Source: an uncultured Methylocucumis sp.
GTDB taxonomy: Bacteria; Pseudomonadota; Gammaproteobacteria; Methylococcales; Methylomonadaceae
Length of the DNA: 64,000 bases
Direction: 5' to 3'
Assembly: GCA_964446885.1 (NCBI GenBank)
Contig: CAYUQV010000004.1
Location: forward strand, 36,381 to 100,380
In this document: piece after piece, positions 30,602 to 38,885 of the stretch
How positions within the stretch are numbered: position 1 is the first letter of the stretch
Layout of the letters: each line of letters starts with the position of its first letter
Position numbers and translations under genes: made by a program
Notes under the pieces: model-generated
The model's database searches: none
The model's input: the letters and a program-made list of their open reading frames with translations, nothing else
What the model was told of the DNA's origin: nothing

Positions 30602-31339
30602 CTAAGCGCGGCGTTTGCGGACAACATAACCGACCGAACCTAAAGCCAAAAGCGGCAATGGCCCAGGTACCGGCAAATCACCCGCATTAATGCCCGTCTC
30701 TTCTGAGGTTTCATAGCCATAACCATAAATGCTCACTTCATACGATGACGGATCATTTTCGTCATAGGCTTTGACTCCAATCTGCATCCAGCCGTAATGT
30801 ATTGAGCCATCGGCAAAATCAAATGCAAAACCAATATAACCCTGATGGCCTTGGCCTGCGCCTGGCCAAGTGCCCAAGCCGCCGTTTGCCCAATAGCCAT
30901 AGTTCCCTGAACGCTTTTCAAAAGTGGGAGAAGTAGGGTCTGCGTCATAATAATTGAATGCGGCCACAGCACCACAACCGCAGTCATAATTTAAACTCGC
31001 ATCGATCAAATTGCCCGCTGTAAAAGCCGAGGCAAACGTATCTCCGTAATCGCCGCTTGTCACTTCGCTAGCAGTACCATACGTGGAATATATATAAACA
31101 AAAGCATCCGTTTTGGTATCGACTGGATCATCAGGGTATCTATCGGAAATATGTTCAATGTGCACATCGTCATAGCCATCATTATCAACGTCAATACCTA
31201 CAAAACCTACAAAAGCATTATTGACCACTAACGGTGTCGGAAGCATGTAACCAACCGCACTGGCCTGGGCATCAACAGCGGCCAAACCACCGATAAAAGC
31301 CATACCCGCAATCGTCATGGCACGAACTGGAATAATCAT
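30602..31339 (-). CDS. PEP-CTERM-type (VPGP variant) surface protein
   Basis: AAGGA RBS; signal ending 'AQA'; 'DVDNDGYDD' Ca-binding-like loop; 'HYGWMQI'; C-terminal 'VPGPLPLLALGSVGYVVRKRRA'. Confidence 0.8.
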   Translation of the reverse strand: MIIPVRAMTIAGMAFIGGLAAVDAQASAVGYMLPTPLVVNNAFVGFVGIDVDNDGYDDVHIEHISDRYPDDPVDTKTDAFVYIYSTYGTASEVTSGDYGDTFASAFTAGNLIDASLNYDCGCGAVAAFNYYDADPTSPTFEKRSGNYGYWANGGLGTWPGAGQGHQGYIGFAFDFADGSIHYGWMQIGVKAYDENDPSSYEVSIYGYGYETSEETGINAGDLPVPGPLPLLALGSVGYVVRKRRA

Positions 31340-31609
31340 ATTTTTCCTTATTTGAGGTAGGTAAACGGCAATATGGCCTTTTTGTGAAATTTGCTGAACT
31401 ATCCGCATGACGGTTTTATAAAAACCAAGCGTCTTACTCAGATTACCCAAAAACACCTTGCAGATCAATTTTGTATTTATCCCGCCTATCGCCACTGTCA
31501 TCAACCGATAACCAAACCGACATAAAAACGACTCAATCATCGGGTAAATTTGCCGATGGATTTTCAATCCACCACAAAAACTTTTACCAACCAATTATTG
31601 GGGAACACC

Positions 31610-32818
31610 ATGCGTTATCTAAAAACCATGCTGGCTATGGCGGCGGTCATCGTCACTTTGTCACCACTGGCTGCACAAGCCGATGAAAACGTCCAATTAG
31701 GGCCACGCCCTTTCTTTTTGGTCGAAGACATGGCACCTAGCGAACTGAAATCTGCCCTGCAACAATGCGCCAGCGGCCCGTTTTACAAATCCGAATTTTC
31801 TATCGGCCACCGTGGCGCGGCCATGCAATTTCCTGAACACACCAAACAATCTTATGAAGCCGCCGCCAAAATGGGCGCGGGTGTCCTTGAATGTGACGTG
31901 ACGTTTACCAAAGACAAAGAATTAGTCTGCCGCCATTCCCAATGTGATTTGCACACCACCACCAATATCTTGGCCACGCCTTTGGCCGCCAAATGTACCG
32001 TCCCACCTGATTACAGCAGCGAAACACCGTTTGCCAACGTCCAATGCTGCACCAGCGACATCACCGTAGCCGAATTCAAAACCTTAAAAGGCAAAATGGA
32101 TGCTGGCAACCCTAAAGCCAAAACACTGGCCGAATACCTGGACAGCACAGCCAACTGGCGCACCGATTTGTACTCAGCCAATGGCACATTGATGACCCAC
32201 AAAGAGAGCATCGAACTGTTCAAAAAATTGGGCGTAAAAATGACCCCGGAACTGAAAGGCGCCAGTGTTGCCATGCCGTTCAAAGGTTTCACCCAAGAAC
32301 AATACGCCGCCAAAATGATCCGCGAATACAAACAAGCTGGCGTCAGCCCTAGCAACGTGTTCCCACAATCATTCAACCACGCTGACGTATTATATTGGCT
32401 GGCCAACACCCCTAACTTCGGCAAACAAGCCGTGGCTCTGGAAGATTTGAACACGCCAGAAGACGTGGTTGCCGCCACCGCACGTATCCCTGAATTGGTC
32501 GCCAAAGGCGTGCAAATCGTTGCGCCACCGACTTGGGCGTTAGTGACGTTGGATGCCAACAAAAAAATCATCCCATCCCCTTATGCGATGGCCATCAAAG
32601 TCTCTGGCCTGAAAATCATCACTTGGACGTTAGAGCGCTCTGGCCTGTTGAAAAACGGCGGCGGCTATTATTACCAATCCATCACCGACGGCATCAAAAC
32701 TGACGGTGACACAATGGTATTGTTAGACGTGCTAGCTAAAGACGTAGGCGTTATCGGCGTATTCTCCGACTGGGCCGCCACCGTCACTTACTATGCCAAC
32801 TGCATGGGCTTGAAATAA
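31610..32818 (+). CDS. secreted glycerophosphodiester phosphodiesterase
   Basis: Signal peptide; 'IGHRGA', 'PEHT', 'ECDVTFTKD', 'CRH', 'PELK', 'QSF', 'GVFSDW'. Confidence 0.92.
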   Translation: MRYLKTMLAMAAVIVTLSPLAAQADENVQLGPRPFFLVEDMAPSELKSALQQCASGPFYKSEFSIGHRGAAMQFPEHTKQSYEAAAKMGAGVLECDVTFTKDKELVCRHSQCDLHTTTNILATPLAAKCTVPPDYSSETPFANVQCCTSDITVAEFKTLKGKMDAGNPKAKTLAEYLDSTANWRTDLYSANGTLMTHKESIELFKKLGVKMTPELKGASVAMPFKGFTQEQYAAKMIREYKQAGVSPSNVFPQSFNHADVLYWLANTPNFGKQAVALEDLNTPEDVVAATARIPELVAKGVQIVAPPTWALVTLDANKKIIPSPYAMAIKVSGLKIITWTLERSGLLKNGGGYYYQSITDGIKTDGDTMVLLDVLAKDVGVIGVFSDWAATVTYYANCMGLK

Positions 32819-32832
32819 ACTCTCCTCCTGAC

Positions 32833-32868
32833 AACGGCCATCGGTGCAACGCCGATGGCCGTTTTTTT
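32833..32868 (+). terminator. intrinsic terminator
   Basis: AACGGCCATCGG-loop-CCGATGGCCGTT followed by a T-run. Confidence 0.8.
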
Positions 32869-33070
32869 GCCTGACGTTTTCAATCCCGCACAAGCTGCCA
32901 GCTCCCCAACCTGCGCTAAAACCCACTCAAAAGTTCCCACAAACTTCCCATTACAGCCCGCCTTTTTTAGCCGATACTAGCCCCATGTTGCCTAGGTGGT
33001 GCAAACAACAAAGCAGCTAAAGTTAAACAAATATCAATGGCTTATATTTTAACGTTGTATAGATAAATGC

Positions 33071-33179
33071 CGGATGGGGTTTGAACCAACAGTAGGCGCA
33101 TTAGGCGACCCCATCCGTAACGTTTTGAGTTATCTAATAGGTAATGAAAACGTTACGGAACGGGTTACAAACCCGTTCC
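33071..33179. repeat. REP doublet (REPIN-like), GGA(C/T)GGGGTTACAAACCC family
   Basis: CGGATGGGG...CCCCATCCG; TCCGTAACGTTTT/AAAACGTTACGGA; GGAACGGGTT-ACAA-ACCCGTTCC. Confidence 0.65.
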
Positions 33180-33255
33180 AGCATGGACATCCCAAACCTA
33201 AGCGGGCGTACAGGACAAACCAACGCGCCCCACCGCCATCATGGAGAACAAACAC

Positions 33256-33822
33256 ATGACCCGATTGCCAGAAACAGTCACCAGCAAATTCACCGACTTG
33301 TTCGCCGCGTTGCACTACGCCGCCGATGATTTGAAAATTGTCGGGCAAGAAGCCATGTTAAGCGGTGATTTTTCGCAAGTGACCGACAGCATGGAAGCCT
33401 GCAAAAAACTGCAAGCGTTAGAAGCCGACATCAAAACCGCCGTGGCTAACTTCCACACAAAATACCCAGCGCAGGTGATGGAAAAAACGGGCTTCCACAA
33501 AAAAGACAAACGTCGCACACGGAAACAAGGCGGGCGTTTACGCGTCACCGTGGCGGGAAAAGTCATCCAACAACACACCCTCGCCGAAACGTTTGTGGAA
33601 ACTTTAAAAATGTTCGGCCTGGAGCGGGTGGCGAAATTGGATAAGAAAGTCACGTCGATTCCGCTGATTGCCAGAACCCCGACTAAAGACTACCAAACGC
33701 AAGCGCGTTGTGATGGCTGGTTTATCACCACCCACGTCAACAAAGTCACGGCGACAACCGTATTGCAAGAAATCGCCAAAGCCTTGGATATGCCGTTGAA
33801 AATCGAATGTATTGAACGGTGA
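33256..33822 (+). CDS. hypothetical protein: helical N-terminus, basic linker, C-terminal putative nucleic-acid-binding domain
   Basis: GGAG RBS before ATG 33256; 'LRVTVAGKVI...TFVETLKMFGLERV...GWFITTH...LQEIAKAL' domain. Confidence 0.7.
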   Translation: MTRLPETVTSKFTDLFAALHYAADDLKIVGQEAMLSGDFSQVTDSMEACKKLQALEADIKTAVANFHTKYPAQVMEKTGFHKKDKRRTRKQGGRLRVTVAGKVIQQHTLAETFVETLKMFGLERVAKLDKKVTSIPLIARTPTKDYQTQARCDGWFITTHVNKVTATTVLQEIAKALDMPLKIECIER

Positions 33823-33831
33823 TAAGCTGAA

Positions 33832-33864
33832 ACCGATAACATCCCTTCGAGGGATGTTATCGGT
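33832..33864 (+). terminator. perfect 14-bp hairpin, likely terminator
   Basis: ACCGATAACATCCC-TTCGA-GGGATGTTATCGGT immediately after the stop at 33822. Confidence 0.6.
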
Positions 33865-33992
33865 AAAATCGACCCATCAGTATGTTAGCTTTATAAACAA
33901 GCACAACACCAAAGCCAAGGTAATCAAGCATCCGACGATTGCCCTAAGCACGCGAACCTAACAAAAAAGCACAAAAACCAAAGGACAAAACC

Positions 33993-35657
33993 ATGATTAA
34001 ACAAAAGACCCTCTCAATTTCCGAACTGCAACAACAAGCCAATGATGGTGATGCACAAGCGCAATTTGCGTTAGGTTTGTATTACTCAACAATAATAAAG
34101 GACGGGACGTGCGAAATAGATGAGGGCTGGGAGTTTAAAAGTAAACTCTTTGGTACATGGCTAGTGGATAGTATTGATGGAGAAACAGCTATTGACTGTA
34201 AAATTTTATCGGCTTTTTATGCCGCTGAAAATAATCAGGAAACAAATGACGAAACAGCCTTTATGTGGTTTAAAAAAGCGGCTGAACAAGACATTTTTGA
34301 AGCGCAATATGCAGTAGCCCGTTATTATTTTGAAGGAAAAGGCACAGGGCAAAGTGATGACTTGGCTTTCAAATGGGCAGAAAAAGCCAGCCATCAAGGA
34401 TTTGGTGAAGCGTTTGAATTGTTGGGCGATTTGTACCGAAAAGGCCGGGGTGTCGAGGAAGATAATAAAAGTGCGCTAGGGTGCTATGAGAAAGCTGCCA
34501 TTGCAGGAGTGAAAAGTGCCGTTTCTAAACGAACCAATATTCTTCTGATGTGGAGAGATATTGCAGATTTCAGTAAATCTAAGGAGGTTGTTTTAAAGCG
34601 CATTGAAAAAATGCAAGACATTTTTAATGACGCAATAGATCAGCATCTACCATTTATATATGGGCCTGGATATGATGAAAACAATCCAGAACCTATTGAC
34701 GAATTTGTAACTGTAGCCAGTGAATTATTTAATTCTTTGGTCGTACTTTCCAAAAATTATGCAGAGGGATGTGAAAGTTTAGAGAAAAAAATAGTTCAAC
34801 AAGAAAAAGACCTAGAAGACATGATGTCCATGTTCGCGCATAAATTCCGCAGCCCCTTGGATGCGATCATCTACAACACCAGCCACGACAACAATCCCAA
34901 GCTGTACGCCGAAGCCGCCCAAACCATGCGTGGTTTGTTGGATATATTCAGCATCATCTCCGCCGATGATAAAACCCTACCTGCAAATATTAAAGCCGAT
35001 TGCCAAGGTAATGCCCGTTTAAACACAGTGTTGAGCAAAACCCTGAACATGATCTTGCTGCATTTGCTATCGGCTTCCGGTACGGAAAAAATCCACCAGC
35101 ATTATCTGGCTTATGCCAAAGCCCAAGGAAAAATCGCCGCGTCTGTGACTGATAAAGAATGGTATGACGAGCATTTTGAATTGGAGCAAGCCTTACAAGC
35201 CGAATGGGAGCAGGATTTTGCGGCTTTACTCAGCCAATCCGCACCCTTAGCAGATCGCTTGGCGTGGTTGGAACAGCATTTTTTTAAATTGGAGCTGATC
35301 GGTTTTGACCGTGACGATATTCAGTTTAAGGAGTACGCCATTACCGAATCGCTTTTGACTATCTTGCTCAATGAGATACTGGTCAACGCCTTCAAATACT
35401 ATTCTTCTGAAACCCGCCAAGCCGTGGTTTTGGAATGGACAGAACGGGACGGCAAGCAAATATTAAGCTGCCGCAACCCCAGTGTCCGCCGCGAACGCAG
35501 CACCAGCAAAGGCAGTGGCAAAGGCCATACGTTTTTATCGGCACTGGCGCGTAAAATCGGTGGTCAGTTTGCCAAGCCCAAACCACAAGATGATTTTGTG
35601 CTAGAGTTTGGTATTCCTAATGAACTTTTAATGGCAAATCCAGCAGGTGGGCAATGA
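33993..35657 (+). CDS. cytoplasmic Sel1-repeat histidine kinase
   Basis: Sel1 repeats in the first 190 aa; H-box 'MFAHKFRSPL' (H283); N-box 'LLNEILVNAFKY'; G2-like 'KGSGKG'; no TM segment seen. Confidence 0.8.
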   Translation: MIKQKTLSISELQQQANDGDAQAQFALGLYYSTIIKDGTCEIDEGWEFKSKLFGTWLVDSIDGETAIDCKILSAFYAAENNQETNDETAFMWFKKAAEQDIFEAQYAVARYYFEGKGTGQSDDLAFKWAEKASHQGFGEAFELLGDLYRKGRGVEEDNKSALGCYEKAAIAGVKSAVSKRTNILLMWRDIADFSKSKEVVLKRIEKMQDIFNDAIDQHLPFIYGPGYDENNPEPIDEFVTVASELFNSLVVLSKNYAEGCESLEKKIVQQEKDLEDMMSMFAHKFRSPLDAIIYNTSHDNNPKLYAEAAQTMRGLLDIFSIISADDKTLPANIKADCQGNARLNTVLSKTLNMILLHLLSASGTEKIHQHYLAYAKAQGKIAASVTDKEWYDEHFELEQALQAEWEQDFAALLSQSAPLADRLAWLEQHFFKLELIGFDRDDIQFKEYAITESLLTILLNEILVNAFKYYSSETRQAVVLEWTERDGKQILSCRNPSVRRERSTSKGSGKGHTFLSALARKIGGQFAKPKPQDDFVLEFGIPNELLMANPAGGQ

Positions 35658-37054
35658 GCTATTTTTTATGGGTGGAAGACTTTGAAAACTCGCCTAAAGT
35701 AACCGCGAGCAACGTGTTTGGCAGTGTGTTTGCTGACAATTTGTTTTCTGAGGATAAACGGGCTTTAAAAATGAGCCTGAAAAATAAGGGCGTTTTTATT
35801 GAATTGAGTTTTCAGGATGGCTGGGGTGTTATTGCCCCAGATTTGGAAAAGAAAATTGATTATGTGATTTTAGATATTGATTTGCCTGCCCATTCCGGTG
35901 ATGGTATTAACAGTGAAATTCTGGGATTGTTGAAAACATTCGAGGGCTATCAAATATTGACGGATGAAGCCGAAGATGAGGCGTTGCTTGTAAAGAAATG
36001 CGCCGAGCTAAAAGCAAGAGCCGGATTTTATCTTTATACGAAACTAGTGATGGAATTGGGTTTTCCTAAACAGCATATTTTATTTTGCTCCAATCACGCC
36101 GAAAACAACAAAACCATTTTGGCGGCTTTTGCAACTGCCAAGCTCGCGTCACCACAGATTTATCAAAAATCTGATCCGTATGTTCAAGACTGGGTGAAAA
36201 GGCGTTATGAAAACCCTTATTCACGGTTGCGGCGGGGGATTATTGAGGGCTGTCGGCAATTAAAGGAATTAAAAGAAAAATTACGTTTTGATAAATTCAG
36301 TGCTGATGAAAAAAAGCCAGCTTTGTTAGATATAGATGATTATTTGAACGTATTAGAAAACTTTTTACCTCTGCGTGAACCTAGCGATAAAGCTACATTG
36401 TATAAACTCTTTATCAGAATATTAGCGCATGAATGGGAAGAATCAGTTGAGCCTAAAAAACTAAATGATGATCAAACTACATTGGCGTTTTCATGGATTA
36501 TGAAAATGACCCGTAATTGGATGGCGCATAATTCCACGGCTATTTTCAATAACTTGACTGAACAAGATGTTGCTTATTTGTTCATTTGTAATATGCGGGC
36601 AATTTTCGATTTAGGCGATGAAGTCAAGGATTATGAAAAAAATCTGTTTTTGTTGTTCAACAAAAGCGAGGCAAGCGAAGCGTTTAAAGATGCTGAACTA
36701 ATCGTTAAAGAAAAACGGATTCCTTTGGTAAAGCAGTATGTTTCATACTTTAATGAGAGAACCAAGAGGATTCAAGTTCATAACATACTGCATGATTTAC
36801 AAAGCGATAAAACTAAATTAAAAGCAAAAGGCGATGATTTTTTTATAACTGGTCTTTATCATTCGTTTTGGTTTTTGACTTCTGAACATGATGATAAAAA
36901 AGATAAAGCTAAAGAAGATAGAGAAAATCAAAATAAAGTTTATATATCAAGGTATTATACATTTAATTGTTTTGATTACGCCCAGTCTGAGTTTTTACTG
37001 AAGTTCTCCAGTCATATCTACAGCCGTAGTTTTCCATCACGAGAAAAGCCATGA
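35654..37054 (+). CDS. receiver (REC) domain fused to a putative HEPN-type RNase domain
   Basis: REC residues 'LWVEDF' (E8, D9), 'VILDIDLP' (D74), 'ILFCS' (S146), 'YQK' (K172); 'RNWMAH' RxxxxH (R287/H292). ATGA overlap with the kinase. Confidence 0.7.
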   Translation: MSYFLWVEDFENSPKVTASNVFGSVFADNLFSEDKRALKMSLKNKGVFIELSFQDGWGVIAPDLEKKIDYVILDIDLPAHSGDGINSEILGLLKTFEGYQILTDEAEDEALLVKKCAELKARAGFYLYTKLVMELGFPKQHILFCSNHAENNKTILAAFATAKLASPQIYQKSDPYVQDWVKRRYENPYSRLRRGIIEGCRQLKELKEKLRFDKFSADEKKPALLDIDDYLNVLENFLPLREPSDKATLYKLFIRILAHEWEESVEPKKLNDDQTTLAFSWIMKMTRNWMAHNSTAIFNNLTEQDVAYLFICNMRAIFDLGDEVKDYEKNLFLLFNKSEASEAFKDAELIVKEKRIPLVKQYVSYFNERTKRIQVHNILHDLQSDKTKLKAKGDDFFITGLYHSFWFLTSEHDDKKDKAKEDRENQNKVYISRYYTFNCFDYAQSEFLLKFSSHIYSRSFPSREKP

Positions 37055-37254
37055 ACAGAACTGAAATAGAACAAGCCGTATTAAAAGAAATGCACACGTT
37101 ACCGTTGGATAAAGTGGAAGCCACGCTAAATTTTGTGTTGTCTTTAAAAAACCAAGCCGTTAAAAAAAGGCCATTAGGCTTATTAAAAGACAAAGTGGAG
37201 TTTGCTATCGGGGACGATTTTAAAATGACGGACGAAGAGTTGTTGAATTCATGA
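37051..37254 (+). CDS. antitoxin, DUF2281-like
   Basis: 67 aa; 'LPLDKVEATLNFVLSL...RPLGLLK...DDF'; coupled to the PIN gene. Confidence 0.75.
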   Translation: MNRTEIEQAVLKEMHTLPLDKVEATLNFVLSLKNQAVKKRPLGLLKDKVEFAIGDDFKMTDEELLNS

Positions 37255-37649
37255 ACGGCTACTTGCTCGATACGCACAGCTTTTTATGGTCGATTTGGCA
37301 ACCAGAAAAGTTGGGGCAACAGGCCGTTGCCGTTTTGGAAAATACTGGTAACACTGTGTTTGTCAGTAGCATCACTTTTTGGGAAATCTCACTAAAGTAC
37401 GCCTTGGGCAAGTTGACCTTAGGTTGTAAGCCTGATGATTTACTGAGATTCGCCGATGATATGGGCTTTGTAAAACGACCATTAACGCCCGAAGAAGCGG
37501 CGTTGTGTTATCAATTACCCAAACTTGCCCATAAAGACCCTTTTGATAGGATGTTGATTTGGCAAGCCGTAGCCAACGATTTGGTTTTAATTTCTAAAGA
37601 TGGTCAGTTTGATAACTATAGCCACTATGGTTTGAAAGTGGTTTGGTGA
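37251..37649 (+). CDS. VapC/PIN toxin
   Basis: 'YLLDTHSFLW', 'VSSITFWEI..K', 'HKDPFDRMLIWQA', 'ISKD'. Confidence 0.9.
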   Translation: MNGYLLDTHSFLWSIWQPEKLGQQAVAVLENTGNTVFVSSITFWEISLKYALGKLTLGCKPDDLLRFADDMGFVKRPLTPEEAALCYQLPKLAHKDPFDRMLIWQAVANDLVLISKDGQFDNYSHYGLKVVW

Positions 37650-37651
37650 AT

Positions 37652-38005
37652 ATGAACATTTTCCCGATAAAAAATGACAGTGATTATCAAGCCGCATTGG
37701 CGGAAATAGATAAGCTGATAGATGCCGAACTCAACACGCCCGAAGGTGACGCGCTGGATATTTGGGTGACGTTGGTTGAAAGTTACGAAGCCAAACAATT
37801 CCCTATTGCTGCTCCCGATTCCATCAACGCCATAAAATTTAGGATGGAGCAACAAGGCTTGGGTTTGAATGACCTGGCTGTTTATTTTGGCTCGCTGGAA
37901 AAAGTCAAAGCGTTTTTTGATGGCAAAGTGCAGCTCACTTTAGACACCATCAGAAAATTACATGACGGCTTAAATATTCCTTTAGAAAGCCTGATTAATG
38001 GGTAA
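37652..38005 (+). CDS. HigA-like HTH antitoxin (no cognate toxin adjacent)
   Basis: 'IKNDSDYQAAL', 'TPEGDAL...LVESYE', 'IKFRMEQQGL', 'IRKLHDGLNIP'. Confidence 0.8.
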   Translation: MNIFPIKNDSDYQAALAEIDKLIDAELNTPEGDALDIWVTLVESYEAKQFPIAAPDSINAIKFRMEQQGLGLNDLAVYFGSLEKVKAFFDGKVQLTLDTIRKLHDGLNIPLESLING

Positions 38006-38121
38006 CATCGTATCCAAGATACCAAGCAATATGATTTTAAAAGCTATATATTGCAAAATTTCAGAGTATCAACCGCGTAAAATTGGCGGGTGGTTTTAAA
38101 AATACGGAGAAGGAGAAAGTC

Positions 38122-38382
38122 ATGTACACAACCATTAGCGGCATTTACGAAAATGGGCGGGTTATTCTGCAAGAATCTGCACCCACAGAAAAAAGCATGA
38201 AGGTTTTGGTCGTTTTTGTGGAAGAAAACACCGCTGTGTTACCCGAACAAAGCGGGGTACAACAAGGTGCGGATGTCAGTAAAAACCACTCATTTTCTGA
38301 ACGCTGGAAAGGCCAATTTAAACTGGCTGAGAAAACAGACGATGCCCGTTTGGATTATTTACAACAACGCTATCAATTATGA
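38122..38382 (+). CDS. small antitoxin-like protein (AF2212/DUF104-like N-terminus)
   Basis: GGAG RBS; 'MYTTISGIYENGRVILQE...KVLVVF'; ATGA overlap with the PIN gene. Confidence 0.65.
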   Translation: MYTTISGIYENGRVILQESAPTEKSMKVLVVFVEENTAVLPEQSGVQQGADVSKNHSFSERWKGQFKLAEKTDDARLDYLQQRYQL

Positions 38383-38840
38383 GAATTTTTGTTGATTGTG
38401 ATGTGCTGGTTGATGTGGGTTTGGGAAGGCAACCTTTTTGCTCGGCATCGGGTGAATTGCTGGATTATCTGGAAAACCATAAAAATAGCGGTTTTATAGC
38501 TTGGCATTCCATCGCTAATTTCTTTTATCTCACGGCAAAAGGCGATAATAAACAACAAAGTAAAAATTTTATTGCGGAATTATGCAGTTTTTTGCAAATT
38601 GTCGCAGTTTCTAATCAAGATTTGCTTGTTGCATTGGCATTACCTTTCAATGATTTTGAAGACGCTATGCAATGCGCGTCTGCTATCGCTTGCAATGCTG
38701 ATGTGATTGTCAGCCGTAATATCAAGGATTATTAGCATTCACCTATTAGAGCCTTAACGCCAGAGCTGTTTTTGCTGGAATTAAACGAACAACGCTTTAT
38801 TGAGGATGATATTGAATGGGGTTTAAATGGCGCAGATTAA
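38379..38840 (+). pseudogene. PIN-domain toxin interrupted by an in-frame TAG at 38733-38735
   Basis: 'IFVDCDVLVD', 'DFEDAMQ', 'IVSRNIKDY*HSPIRALTPELFL': the family's usual C-terminal motif continues past the stop. Confidence 0.7.
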
Positions 38841-38885
38841 TTTGCGTGTTGTTACTTGGCATTCGTTCCTTAGAAAATCATAAAC

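Noticed and set aside
33068-33087. TGCCGGATGGGGTTTGAACC looks like the reverse complement of a tRNA 3' end (possible att remnant)
   Set aside because: CGGATGGGG pairs with CCCCATCCG at 33109-33117, so it is better explained as the left arm of the REP doublet
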